A stretch of 64,000 nt of DNA, taken from IMG/VR virus record IMGVR_UViG_3300035395_000183; one strand, given 5' to 3'. The stretch is from an uncultured virus (IMG/VR IMGVR_UViG_3300035395_000183) (Duplodnaviria > Heunggongvirae > Uroviricota > Caudoviricetes). Shown here in pieces: positions 15,511 through 29,700 of the stretch. Both the position numbers and the translations under genes were made by a program. The notes under the pieces are model-generated. The model saw only the letters and a list, made by a program, of their open reading frames with translations. It was not told where the DNA came from and made no database searches. Each line of letters starts with the position of its first letter. The stretch's first letter is position 1.

Positions 15511-17424
15511 TTATTTTAAAACTGCTGCAGATCCTTGGATACCTATTGGATTATTACCTGTAACACTATAGTTTAAATTTCTATATATATCTGTTTCATT
15601 TGGGGCTTTGCCAGAAACATGTCCATACATAGAACTTAATATACCACTAGATTCTGGACGATATGCTACAAACATCACGCCTTTATAAGGAGTTTCTAAA
15701 GAAAGGTACCCTCAAGGACTTGTATTTATTGTTTTTGGTTTACTTGGAGTTCCTCCTAAAACAGAGAACGCTTGATTCATTACCATTTTAGCAGAATCTT
15801 TTTGATTACCTACTTGTTCAACCATTCATGGATTATTAGATAAATCTGAAGCAGAATTAGTAATAATCGGAACCGCTAAGAAAGGCTTAACATTTCCATT
15901 TTCTCCAATTACTTTAGTAATACTTCCATCCGAAGTTTTACTTTCTTTTATTTGGATTCCAGGAAATCCTGCTTTTCTAAAATATTCTTGAATTTGTTGA
16001 GTAGTTCACGTATCTTTGTTAATATTAAATACTTGGTAAGCATTATTAAATCTTTCCATTTGTCCTAAATCAGGAGTACCATCAGATTTAACAGGTAAAT
16101 AAACTTTTCCAACATCTTCTCCTGTAAATGCAACTTCTGAAAGTAATAAAGGATCAATTTTAGTATCACCTATAAAAACTTTTGATTTGTCCAAAATAGA
16201 AGAATAATTATTTTTATCAAAAATACTAGATACTACTGCAGCTTCTAATACTTCTCCTGGTTTTGTTAAACTATATAAAGGTCCAATACCTGTAGCTGTA
16301 GCTCTTAAACTTACTTTTGCTTTTGGATTATTAATTTCATAAGTCATTCCCGGCTGGTATAATCTATCATTATGAAATAATTCTGAAGGAGTCAAGGCGA
16401 TTTTTTTAGAATTATCATCTGTTGTATCTTTTCCTGTTGCTTTTGCTGTTGTTTCAGGAGAAACTTCAATACTTCGACTTTCATCCGTATTTGTTTCTAA
16501 TATATCTAAAATAAATTGTTCAGGTCTAGCTACCCCATTTAAAGCAGCAGTTGCTCTAAGTTTCTGTTGAGCAGGATTTCCTAAAGTATTTCATATATAT
16601 CCTAATGCTTTTTCTATATGTGCTCTTTCAGTTGAATTTTTAGTTTTAACTTGAGAGTACTCAGATGGACTATTAATAACTCTATTAAGAATGGACAGTG
16701 AATATGCTTGTTCCTTAGTAGGTTGTTTACCTCCAAAAGACGCTGCTAATTCTTGAGATTTAGACTTAGAATAAATTCCTGAATCTTCTGTACTATCAGT
16801 TCCTAAAGCAGATACTAAGGATTTTATATGTTCTGTAATTTTATTTAATCCAATTGCATTATCGGCAATAGTAAATACTCCATTTTGTCCTGTCAAAGAT
16901 TTATTATATTGTCTTTCATATAATAATTCTTGAACACTTAAAAGTTTAGTAGATTCTCTATTTTCAGAATAATCAGCTAAAGATATAGCTTGTATTTTAT
17001 TATCTTTAGTCTTAGTATAAACTCTTCCATCAGTATCTACTGCAACTTCACCTAAACCTCCTGCTTCTTTTGAACGAGTAATAGCGTCTTTTCAGTAGTC
17101 TTTGTTTTGACTAATTTCATTAATTTTAGCCGCAATTTGTAATGTTCTACCTCTATTAATATTACTTAAGAAAGGATTTGTAGAACTCTGTTCTATTTGT
17201 ACCAATTCAGATACTAATTGATTTACATCATTTACTAATCCCCCTGATTTATATAGCTGCTCTATCATTTTAGAATCTATAACAGACGAAGATTCCGGAG
17301 ATTTTTCATCACTATTTGAATGTCTATCATCTGAAGATCTTGATGCTGGAGCAGTTTTAACAATGGGAGTGAATGTTGCAAATCCACTCCCCTGTTCCAT
17401 TTTTCTTATTTTTCTATATTCCAT
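15511..17424 (-). CDS. Putative virion cargo protein (~637 aa)
   Basis: ORFs 17092, 16591 and 16006 are in frame via TGA and end TAA at 15511. Start overlaps the upstream stop (TAATG). Lies in the cargo cluster before the RNAP. Confidence 0.7.
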
Positions 17425-20400
17425 TATTTAAACACTTTAATTAAAGCTTTTTGTAACATTTCATTATTATGCATTATTGCTTTATAAGTTAATTCAGTTT
17501 CCTTTAATCGCTTAACATTATTGAATTTATTATTATCAATATCAATTTTCTCTTTCTTTGTCATTTTTCCGCCCTCTTTTCTCCAATACAACATTTGTTG
17601 ATCAAGATTTAATTTTTGTTGAGCTAATTCTAAAGGTTTCATTTGCAATTTAAGATAATCTAATTTTTTAGTAATATCAGTTTGCCATTGTTTATATTCA
17701 TCCGATTCTTCAAAAGGTTTGTATTGAGTTCCTCCATTAACACCTCCAGGCATATGAGTTTTATCATAATTCGCCTTATTAGCATTATATGTCGCAAGTG
17801 CAGATGCCTTTCCTTTCTCTCCTGCAAAGTCTGTGTATTCATCAGATAAAGATTTTAATTTAGGGTCGTTAGTCATATCAAAATATTTTGCCATATTTTG
17901 TTTATATTGATTTAAACCATAATTTTTATCCCAAGCAGTTAATCAATTATTAGTTGCTGTATTTTGAGCATTACGTTGATTTGCATTAGTTAAATGTATT
18001 TTTTGCATTGCTTCTGCCGTAAGACCTCTATTTTTACCAAGAGTTTGAGTATTATATGAATCAACAGAAGCATTGTTTTTTAATTGCATTTCTCTAACTT
18101 TATCCAATCGTTCCCAATCAAGTGCTTGTCCTTTTTCAATTATTCCGCTTGCTTGTTTTAAAGCTTGTAATCTAATAGCATTTCCTTGATTTAAATCCGA
18201 TGTTGATGCTGCTATTTTTTTACCTTGAGAATTTACGTCAGCCGCTTGTTTATTTGCAGCTAATGAATAAGGTTTATCAGCTCTTATATATTGATGTGGC
18301 ATATAAGGAAGTTGAAAAAGTCCGGATGAAATAGCTTTTCTTTGTTCATTTCCTATTCATGCATTTGCACCTAAAGTATTTAAATACATTAAACCATTAG
18401 CAATACCTGTAGAATCAAGAGTTCCTTTTAAAGAATCTCATATTCCAGGTTTTTGAATTACATTACTATTAATATTAGTAGTTGGCCCAGTTGCAGGAAT
18501 TACTATAGGTTTAGTTTCTGCAGCAGGAGTTCCTGTTGGAGTAGTTGTTGTAGTTTGAGTAGATGGAGTTTCTGATTTTAATCCTGTATAATATCAATCC
18601 ATACCAAATTTATTATGTGAAGGACTTGTTTGATCTTTTAATTGACTAATTAATTCAGGTCTAGTTTCAATATATTTTTGTAATAATTGAGGAGTATTAG
18701 AAGGTCATGTACTTACATTAGTTGGGTCTAAACCAGCAGCTTTTAAAATTTCAGGATTCCAATTCTTTTGAATTAATTCATTTGTAACTCCTCCATAATA
18801 ATTTCCGGTTCTAGGTTGTGACGGAACTGTAAATTGTTGTGTCGCTTTAAGACTCAATCCTGTACCATAATCAACACCTGTATTTTGTAAAGTATTAGTG
18901 TATCCTTTTTTTCATGTAGGATTATTTAATGGACCCATTGATGATTGTGCGGCATTTTGATATTTTAAAATTCCACCTTCTAACATTCAATGAGTTTCTC
19001 CTGTTCAACCTTTTTTAGATTTATCTCTTGGGGTTGCTTTTTTATTAACCTTATTAATTAATTGTTCATTAACTTTAACTACAGAGGGTTTTTTAAAAGA
19101 TGGAGGCGGTATAACTACTCCTGACTTAGTAGGGGGTGGCAAGAATTGTTTTGGTTTTTCAGAAGATTTTGTTACTTCTGCTGGTTTAGAAGTTTTTTTC
19201 TTAGCTTCAAACTTTTTAGTTCCTCAAGGACTAGCATTTAATCTTCCAACACTTTTAATATCACGCTCAATTATTTTTTTAGCTAATTCATATTCTTTTA
19301 TACTCCTTGCTTGGTCTTTAAATCTATTATTAACAAATTCTCTAAGTACTAATTCTCCTTCCTCTCTTGGTTCAAGACTATTTTTAAGATCAGATATTTT
19401 CTTATCTTTAAAAAAATCATTTATAACTTTTTCTTTTTCGGTAGGATCAGAGATTTTAAGTTTTTCAGATAATTCTTTCTTTACACGTTCAATATGTGTT
19501 GTTTCTGCTGCTTTTGTTTCTCAAACTTTACTTTTAAAATTTTTAGGAAGGGATGTTAAAGGACTTGAAAGTTCATGTGTAGTTTCGCCTAACGTAATTT
19601 TATGAACAGCTTCTTTTACTGTACTAGGCTCTGTTTGATTTTCTAGCGCTCTTTTATATCTATTTCCTTTAAGAGTATTTCTAGCTGTAGATGCCCCCAT
19701 TAATAAATTACTTCAGTCAGATGTTTGAGTTCTTCCTAATTTTTCATTTCAAGAAAGATTTTCAGGGGCGGAATTATAATCTTTAATAATACCATAACCT
19801 CCAGTTCCAGCAGTCCCTCCGATAAAAGCAGTTCTAGCTATTCCACTAACAGTTTTATTATTTAATAATTTAGAACTTTTATCTATAACAGCTTTTCCTG
19901 TAGTTTCTATTGGTTCTTTAATTCAATTATTTGCTATTCTAGATACTTTTGTTATATTTTGATTTTGAATACCATGAGCAATTCCTAAATCAGCTTGAAT
20001 TAATTTAGTTCCTTCTTTTTTAAGAACATTTCCAGCATCATCAATATAGCCAGCATTTTTTAAGATTAATTTTGTAGGTTCATCTAATGATGCAACATTA
20101 TCCGCATTGGCTACTGCTTTTAATATTTTACTACCTTCTCCTCCTAAACTTTTAGAAATATTTGATACTTTTAAAGTAGATTCTAAAAGAGCTTTTGTTC
20201 CTAAATCTACAGAAGATTCAGACTTTTTCGCTAATTTTATTAATGCTTCCGCTTTTTTACCTGCTGTAGTAAGATCAACAGCAAAATCTGCAGCTTTGCC
20301 TATTTTAGCAGCTTCTACTCCTACTTTTAAGGCTTTTAATCCTCCCGCACCAAAAAAAGCTAATGCTGTAAAACCTAAATTCATTCCTAAATTTACGGAA

Positions 20401-22331
20401 GTTTCTCCAAAACTTTTACCTTTATTAATATCGTTTACTAAATCAGCCACAGTACTAACTGCTCCTCCAATAACACCTATTCCAGGAATAAATGAAGCTG
20501 TTGTTCCGGCTAAAGATATAGCATCCAAAGTGTTCATATTTTTAAGCATCCCTTCCGCACTTACAGCCGGTTTATTACCTGGAGCAGTAGTTTGAGTAGT
20601 ATTTGGTTTTGGAGAATATTTTGCATTATATTCTGCAAAAGACATTCCTTTTTGTGCTTTAATTACTCCGCCCAATTTATTAGTAGGAATATTATTATTT
20701 TTAAAAATTTCTCTTAATTCAGCATAAGTTGCTAAGGCTTTTCTTTTATCTTCTCCAGGTTTAGCTGTGGCTATAATATGTTTCATATATCCTGCCAACT
20801 TTTGCATTTCTCCCACAGAAGAATAAGTACCATCTTTAATAATAGCTTGTTTTTGTTCAGCTAAAGATGTTAAAGCATCAGTTAAACTACCATAATCATT
20901 ATTTGTAGGTATAGAAGATAAAGGATTGTCAACATCGTTTAAAATTGCATCATAATTTTCTATATTAACATCATAATCAGGTTTATATCCTTTAATTCAT
21001 AATTTAGGATATGTTTCACCCGTAGAGGAAGTATATACTCCTTTGTCATCTTTAGTTAAAGTGATTTTTCCTTTAGGAGTGTTAAATTCAATATATTTTG
21101 TATAATCTCTATTTTCTCCTAATTTTGCATGAGCTACATCTTTACTATTTCTTGAATAACCTGTTGCTCTACCTCAACCTTGTAATTGAGGAATATCTAA
21201 ACCTCTACCTCTATCATTTTCGTCATTATCTTCATCGGAAGCTTTATATTTTCCTTCGCCATATTGAAATCCAGTTGTATAATCTCCTCCTCAAGCTTTA
21301 CCTGTTAAAGGATTAAATTGATCAAATTCTGAACCATTAGATTGAATAGGATTTCCTTGAATGTCAATAGCAATTTGTTGTCCTCCGGGAGCTTGAAACA
21401 TAAATCCTTTTTTATTAAGAATATAATTATTAAAAGCTTCTATTTGATCATTAGAATATCCTGCAGGATTTAGTCTTTCTACAGGGACATAGCCTGCATT
21501 AAGTAATGGATTGGATATGTTTGGTAAAAGTCCTTTTCCTTGTAAATCTGTTGAATATTTATTAGCTTGCGCAACATCGTTAGTTTGTTTTGTTTTAGCA
21601 TCTTCTTCTGCATAAGTTGCCAAATCTACATCATTTACTAGAATATGATTAGGATTTCATCCTAATTTACGAGCTATAGGAACTACTTTATCTCAATTAG
21701 CAATATTTCCATCACCAAGAGCTGCACGTAATTCATTTATTTTGTCTTTATCAGCATAATCATATTTATCTATATCTTTATCCCAACCTAATTGATATTT
21801 ATCAATATAGTCTTTCATATTAGTTAAATACTCTTTTTGCCTTAAATCATTTGTTTTAAGTTTTCTAAAATCTTGTCTGAAAACATCAGGTCCTCCATAA
21901 ATATCATCTACAAGATATTTATCATAATCTCCGATATTTATTGAAGTTTTTGTTGGAGTAGTAGAAGTAGTAGAACTACTTCCTTGTATATTTTTATGTG
22001 CCCCTGCATAGATAGCAGCAGCAACTGACATTGCATCTTGATCATCATTAATTTTAAGTTTTCCTGTAAATCAATTTGATTTTACATCATCAGGACTTCC
22101 TTGAAATTGATTGCTACCAGGTCCTGTGATTATAAATTTTTGAGCAACTTGGTCTGCGGTAAAAGAATTACCAGAAGTTGCACTAAAATCTCTTAGTCTA
22201 GTTAATGCATCTCTAACTTTTCTTTCGTCTTTGCTCTTTAGGTTATAAGACCCCAATTCTGTATTCAATGCTTCATTTAATGCAGTTTGGTCTATATTAC
22301 CTCCAGGCTGTAATTTTTTTACTAGTGCCAT
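17424..22331 (-). CDS. Large virion cargo/ejection protein (~1635 aa) with Gly/Ala-rich putative membrane segments
   Basis: Six track ORFs in frame. I read 18302-19923 and found only TGA interruptions. Hydrophobic segments include SLAGTTASFIPGIGVIGG and LGMNLGFTALAFFGAGG. Confidence 0.78.
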
Positions 22332-22354
22332 ATATTTGTGTTTTTATTATTTAA

Positions 22355-22391
22355 AGAAATAAAGGGAAGACAGATAATTCTGCTTCCCTTT
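22355..22391 (-). terminator. Rho-independent terminator
   Basis: Inverted repeat aaagggaag...cttcccttt directly after the 22402 stop, with a U-rich tail on the minus strand. Confidence 0.7.
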
Positions 22392-22401
22392 AGAGGTAGG
22401 C

Positions 22402-22692
22402 TTATTTTCTGCCTATTAAAACTAATTTTCCGCCTTTTTTAGCGTATACAGGTTCGCCTTGTGAAGCTTCTTCTCCACCTCCTGCGGCGCCTTGTAACAT
22501 CTGCATTATAATCTGAGCTAGCATTGCTGCTGCTTCAGGACCTAATTGTTGAATAATCTGTTGTGCCATTGCAGCAATTTGTTCTTCTGGTCCACCACCT
22601 TGAGGTTGTCCGCCTTGTTCAGGTGCAGGTGCACCACCTTGAGGTGCCGCTTCAGGAGCTGGTCCACCCATTTGTAATTTTTTTACAATCAT
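22402..22692 (-). CDS. Small Gln/Gly/Ala-rich putative head cargo protein (96 aa)
   Basis: Intact track ORF, starting MIVKKLQMGG and ending YAKKGGKLVLIGRK, followed by a terminator. Confidence 0.75.
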   Translation of the reverse strand: MIVKKLQMGGPAPEAAPQGGAPAPEQGGQPQGGGPEEQIAAMAQQIIQQLGPEAAAMLAQIIMQMLQGAAGGGEEASQGEPVYAKKGGKLVLIGRK

Positions 22693-22700
22693 TGTTTTAA

Positions 22701-23282
22701 TTAATTTTTGGATTCTACATACTCTGCAGGAGTTTCTGATTGTACCTGCAAAAATTTAAACATTCTTTTTCCTAATGCTTTATAATCATTCTCCTTTTCT
22801 GTTGTTGCTGCTTTCTTAGCGAATTTAATTAATGTTTTAGTATTCTTGCGAGAAAAAATTCTCTCACCGCCATCTAATTCCATCTGTGTTTCTCCACTAG
22901 AATCTAACACTAACATCTTATCTGTCTTTTTTATTTGTTTATTATCAGGTTCAAAGTCTAACTCATCGCCTTCTTTAATACCTGATTTTTGATTTACTTC
23001 TAATACATAAGTACATTCAGCTTCTAATAAAGTAATATCATTTGGTTTTCCTTCGTAAACTGCTGTTACTTCTAATTCATCATCTATAAAGATAATATCT
23101 AAAGGAATTTCTGTATCTTTCATTCAGAATCCTCGAACTTCATTTTTATCAAACATAAATAACATTCCTGTTCCTTCTTGTAATTCAATTCGTCCTTGTA
23201 ATCCTTCTTCTTGTTCTTCCTCAGATTCAGCTAATTCAACCGTGTATTGCTTATCAGCTATTTGTATTTTTATTTTTTTCAT
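22701..23282 (-). CDS. DUF192-family protein with extra C-terminal domain (193 aa)
   Basis: Code-4 translation gives MKKIKIQIADKQYTVELAES...GMLFMF...RGF(W=TGA)MKDTEIPLDIIF...YVLEVN, matching the DUF192 signature. Confidence 0.85.
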
Positions 23283-25519
23283 TGAGCAAGTATATTAGTT
23301 ATATCGGGTAATTTCCCTCCTATTTGTTTTTTAACAATTAAGTCAGAAGATTTTCTTTTAATAGATTTTATTTTATCAGAACTGCCATCATCATAAGTAT
23401 TAATAGTGTACATTCCTTCTCCTTGATGATTAGCATCATTATTTCCCGCATTTATATATACTCCTCTCGAACTAAGTAATTTTTTATCAATAGGATAAGA
23501 TAATTCAGGAGTTTGTCTTGGTTGTAAAAGATTGGTATTAGAAGATTGATTAAGTTTAGGTTGTAACTTTGGTACTTGTGCTAATGTAATAGGATTAGTA
23601 GGCTTTTTATATATAGCTCCAACATGACTAAAATTAGGGTCTGCCATCACACCTATAGGTTTATTCTTATTTCTTATAAAATTATTTTTAATAATTGATG
23701 GAATATAAGGATTATTAAGATATTCATTAATTGAATATCTATCAAAGTCAGGATTATCTTGTTGAAATTTCACACCATAATTATATTCAGATAAACTATC
23801 CTGATATGCTTTATAAGCAGGGTCATTTCTACTATATACTGTTGGTCCAGATATTACTTTTAAGCCAGTTTGACCTTTTTTAATCAGTCTTTTATTCTTA
23901 ATAGCATCATTATATTGAACTTGTGCTCCATCTTGGAGTTTTTGTTTCTTTGTTTTAGATTTTATTTGATATTTCATATTTCCTCCACATTTAAATTGTT
24001 TAATTATGTTTCCAGTCTTATCAAATTCAAATCCAACTCTTACATCTAAGGGTTTTCCTATACCTAACAGTTTTCCTACTTCAATTTTTTGTACTAATGG
24101 TTCAATTTTATTCTTAATTACTTGAGGAACTCATTTTTGTTTAATTTTAAATTGCTGATAAGGATTTAAATCTCATATATCATTTGCAATTGCTTGTACA
24201 TTTCCATTTTCTAAAGGTTTAAATTTTCAGTTAAATCCACCCATAGTGCCAAAATAAGATGCATCTGAATCTAATAATGTATAGTCCTTAGTTCTATTAT
24301 CAGTTAATATATTTCATCTCCCTAAATTAGAATCTTTATTGGCAACTAAATTAATATTTTCTTTTAATTCTCTTTCAATTGCAGCTTTATTTGTAAATTC
24401 TGGTTTAATTGTATAAACAGTTTTCTTATTAGTACTTAAAGGACTTACGGTATACATTGGGTGTTTAATTTGAGGTTTTCCCAAATACATATCTCAAGTT
24501 GTATACCTATTATTTAATTTTATGGGAGAGGTATTAGAAAATTCCTTGGGAGCCAAAGGATCAATTGGTCGTATTCTTAATTTATCCCTATTATTTAAAG
24601 CCTTTTTAATATTTGGCTCACTAATTACTGATGATCTTCTTTGTCCAGTACTTTCTATTAAATTATTTATAGCATCTTCGTATTCAGTTCCTGATAATTT
24701 CTTTTGTCTTAAGTTTTTAAAAGCCACTGCTATATCATCATCATATCCACTAAGAATTTTTAATCATTCCTTAGAACTGACATAACTTGGATTTTTTCCT
24801 CCAAAGATGGCTCCCTTTAAATCACTAAATTTACCACCAGTAATTGTCATGCCACCTTGAGCACTGCCATAACCAAAGGGTTCTATTGCTTTTCTTATTG
24901 GTTCTTTTCATGGTCAATTAAAAGTTTTCTGTTGTGGAAGAATGCCTTTTTTGTCTAATGTTTGATTTAATTTTAGTAACTCCTGTTCAGTTAATAAACG
25001 TTCGGCGGGATTAACTAAATTTTTTCCTGCTGCTAATGTTGAGTTTATAACTTTATCAGTTATTCCTGGCAATTTTCCCACTTTATTAATTAATAGGATT
25101 GGAAGAGCAGCACCTATAACTTCATTAGAAAAATTTGTAGCCTGTCTATTAGATTCTCCAGTTAAGTTAGGATACATTCACATATTTGCAGGATTAACAA
25201 CATCTTTTCTTCTTAAATCAGAAGATGGTAAATCTATTGCTCCATTTTCTTTTGCTGATACTTTTCCTTGCTTATCAGTTTGTGCTTTATATTGAGGGTC
25301 TGTATCATATTTATACCTATGAGGTGATTGTTTATACTTTTCCTTAAAAGCAACTTCAGATTTAGTTTTTATTGCTGTTTGATAATCCTGCTCTTTTTGA
25401 TTATCCCTAAGTCCTTGTTGTAATTGTATTAAAGCTTGTTGTGGATATACCGTTCTTGTATTATCTTGAATTGTAACTAAAGGAGAAAAAGGTCTTTGAT
25501 ATTTAGGTATATATTTCAT
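23270..25519 (-). CDS. Putative multidomain virion cargo protein (~749 aa)
   Basis: ORFs 25178, 24914, 24494 and 23279 share one frame, with only TGA between 24494 and 23977. Ends ...AQWKK-TAA. Internal MGGFNW...DIWDLNP segment. Confidence 0.65.
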
Positions 25520-26748
25520 TAGTTAACTTCCTCCAAAAGTCCAGTCTTGTCTAAAGTATTCTCTAAAATTTCTTCAACTAAAAATTTACCACATTCTATT
25601 TCTAATTCTGCTTTCTTTTTAGTATCTTCTGTATCATTATATTCTTTAAATCATTCTTCTAATTGCTTAGTAGTGTCTATATGAAATATAACTTCATTTC
25701 TTTCTATTTCTGCATGTTGAACGATTTTATCGCCTTCTTCATAAGTAATAACAGGAATACCTTTTGATGTAACTTGTTCTGCAAGGTCACCTTCATAATG
25801 ATTTTTATGTGCATGTAAAGCGCCTTCAGGAATTATATTAACTTTACCACCTAAAGCTAAAGTTGTAGTATTTATTGCCATACTTCCTTCTTGGGCTTTC
25901 TTAACATTTCTTAAAGCTTTTTTCTTTATATTAGAAAGTTTTGCAGGATTAATAGTTCCTCCTTTTTTAGCGGAAAGGACATTAGGATTAATTCCTCCTT
26001 GTAATTGTTGATAGTTTTTAGTAGCAATATCACCATAACTATTTGAAGCAGCCAGCTGATTTTGTGAATCTCCATAAGAAGCATTACCTTTTAATAAATT
26101 AGTATTTGCTATATTCTTATTCTGTTTTGCATATCTATCATATTTCTTTCCACTTCCTGTTATTGCAAATTTACCTGCTGTTTCCATTCCAGGAGTATAA
26201 CCTTTCATATTAATAGCATCGGTTCCAGAACTCTTAAGAGTTTTTCCACCATACATATTAATTTTACTTAATCCTGCAACAATTCCTGTTGCTGCAATTG
26301 CTCAAGGATTTCCTGTTTTCATAGCAACTTTAAATGCTGTACTAGCACCTTTATCAAAACCTGCTGCACCACGTGCTAAATTAGCGTCTGCTCTCTTTAC
26401 TCCTAAAGCACCTAATCCGGCGTCTATTAATTCAGGAGCACTTCCTGCAATCTCTGTTCCCATACCTTTTAAGCTATCTAAAAATCCAGTTCCTTTTCCT
26501 GAAAGATTTCCACCTCCAGGTTGAAACATTTTAGCTGTATCACTTAATTGTTTAGGAAACATTGAAGAAACAACAGGATTGGTAGATTTTGGTTGCATTA
26601 ATGATACTGTACTCCTCTGTTGAGGAACAGAAGATGTAACATTCTTATTAAAGAAATTTGTTATATCTTCTATTCCTGTTAAAAGGTTTTGTTGAGGAGC
26701 TCATATATTATCTCCTCGTTGATGTTTTTTAATTAATTTTTTCTTCAT
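25519..26748 (-). CDS. Putative virion cargo protein (~409 aa)
   Basis: Starts MKKKLIKKHQRGDNIW. ORFs 26302 and 25651 joined by TGA. C-terminal EGALHAH...KGIPV...AEIERNEVIF. TAATG overlap at 25519. Confidence 0.72.
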
Positions 26749-26749
26749 A

Positions 26750-29700
26750 TTATGCAAAACTTACCGCAAAATTAGAACGAATAGCATTTACTATTGCGTA
26801 TTTGCTACCATCATATTTGACTCTTATTTTAATATATTTGTCCCTTATTCTCATTTCCTTATTAGGAAGAAACATTAATGTAGAAGCACTAATATAACAA
26901 TAAGGGAAACTTATTGGCTGTATTTGTACATCTCACGCATCTTCTAAATATTGCATATTACCTTTCATTCTTCCATACTTCTTTATGTCCATACCCATTT
27001 GATAACTATCTACTAATTTTTCTTTAGTTTTGTTATGTTCTCTAATAGTTAAATCTCTTAAAGTAGACATATTATAAGCTGTTCCTGGAGTTGGTTTAGT
27101 TCTTGTTTTAAAGAATGATAATGGATTATTAACATCAAATGATTGTAAGAAAATATAAGGAAGTTTTTTAACATCAGTTTTATCAGTTAAATATTCTTTA
27201 TATCTTAACTTAACATTGTCTTCAGTAGCTACTGTTGTGTAAGTTGTTAATGTTACCCCATCAATTGTTGCTAAAGTTACATCATTTAATTTAACAATTA
27301 AGTCTTTGTAACTGAATCAATCAAATCCTTCACCAACTATTTCGTAATAGAATGAATCGGGTTCAACTAAGTTAGATATAATCTTTAAATTATTAAAGAT
27401 TTTTTGTACTCCTGGAATAGTAGCTACAACAAATTCATATTCAAATGGATGTTGTTCATCATATCAGTAAGCAGGAAGAATATTTCCGGCTTCTTCTACT
27501 ACTCCAGCGAACCCATGCTTATACAATTTATTACTTGCGGAAGTATGTTTAGTTTGATTTGCAAAGGTATAAAAAAGATTATTAATATTTTCTGAAAACT
27601 CCGGAATTCATGTATACTGAGTTGTTCACTTTTGTAAAAGCTCATTTCAACATAAATTTCATACTTTATCATTATATCTAAACACAAACATAATATCATG
27701 TTTAAAAGCATTATAATGTGTTTTTATAAAATTAACATTAACACTTCTATCTTTATCAGATTCTCGTAAATTAATATTATCATTTAAAAACTTTTGAACT
27801 TTTAAATCAGATATATTTTCAAAAGTTTCTCCGTCAGTTCTTCATATTTTTTTACCAACAGAATCAATTCCATAAATAAATCTTGATGTTTTAGTAATGG
27901 ATTCTGGTCATAAACTTCCAAATGTATTAGATAGTACTTTCGGATTTTGAGGAAGTACAGTTGCAGTATTAATGTAAACATTCTCACCTTGTGCATTAGT
28001 CATCATTGCTCTTTCATTAACAGGAATTAGTAAAACTCCATGTTCCATAACAGCAATTAGTTTTCCATATCATTCTACTAATTTTACTAAACTTCCATAT
28101 TCTCTTGTATAATCTAAATAATTTTTAGATTCAAACACTCTATTTCCATTAGTAAATATAGAGTTTTGTAATACATTAGAATAGAAAATACGTGTGGCAA
28201 AATTTGTTTTAATGAATGGTACATCAGGAATTTCAAAATAGTATTTATCTCCTAATGTTTTACTTATTCCATTGTTAATTACATTTGATTCAGGTAAGTG
28301 ATTGTTTTTATCCATAGATTGTAAAGGATAGAATCCTCTTTTTTGTCTATGTAGAGCTTCTTCCATTGGTCGTGAGAAATCTAAATCTCTCATTGCTAAA
28401 TTTACATTACTGCAAATTTTAAATGTTGCCCAATGTCCTAAACCTACTGCATTTATATCAGGTTTGTTAATTTTTTCAGCTCCAAATAATCCATTTCTTT
28501 CTGAATATTTTTTAAACTTCTTTTGATCGGATTCTAATATACCTGTATATGAAGCTGTATCTGTTCCAGTACCAAGATCGTCTTTTCACTCAGGCTCAAA
28601 TACATTTTTATATGTAAATAAAAGTAGAAGTTTATGGTAAGTTAAGGCAACTGCAGTAGCTAACTCTTGTGGATTTCCATTATTATCAATTACTTGAACC
28701 GATGCTTTACTTTTAATTTTGAAATGTTTTGCCCATGTATAAGGGTCAACAATTCTTTTATTAGTAGGAAGTTCAGTATCTATGAAATTCCAATGCATTC
28801 TATGTGTATAAGTATTTATATAACAGTCTCCTCTGAATATGTAATCCGAAGAATATTCTGTTCCATCAATATTTATATCAGTTCAGCTTGTTCTATCACT
28901 TATAGGTAAGAAAGGACTTGCATCATTATATCTTAATAAGAAATATTCTTTTCAATAATTTTCAAAATTATAATCTTTTTGAAATATATTATAATATAAT
29001 CCTGCAGTAATATTGTTAGTACTACATCCTATAAAGGTATTAAATTCACCTCTTACTTTAGAAGTAGTTCCATTTCAATCAGTTGTACTTGAAGTAGTTA
29101 AATCTTCATAATTACCAAGATTTGGATCAACATGCTTATAAGCAATGATTGCATCACCTGCTTTAGAACAGAAATCATAGGTATTATTTCTAATTAATTC
29201 AATTCCTGGTTCAACTAAAGTTAATTCCGAATTAAATGATTGTAAATTAGTTACATTTGACTGTAAATTTTTAAGTGCAAAACTATCTCTATCCGATTCA
29301 TAGTTATTAAAAACATCAGATGTAGGTCTATATTTAAATTGTTTTAGGAAATATTCAGAAGAATTAAAGAATGTATTAAAAGTTGTAGTTTTAACACAGG
29401 CCTCAGGACATAGTAAAGCATTTTGCCATACATCTGCATTTTCTACTTTAAATAAATCGCCACCTAATATTTGACTTGCTCCACTTGGTTTTATAAATGA
29501 TTCTGCAAAATAATTATAACTTAAAGACTTACTAGATTTAGTACCTTTAAGTAAAGGGATGTTAGCTTTCTTACTTGTTCCTATACCAACTCCTTGAGCT
29601 AATATTGTAGGAATACGTTTCTGTCTAACAAAGAAAAATCCTTTAGTTAAATCTTGTAATCCATCTATAAACTTTCCATCTCCAGGAATTACATTATCAT

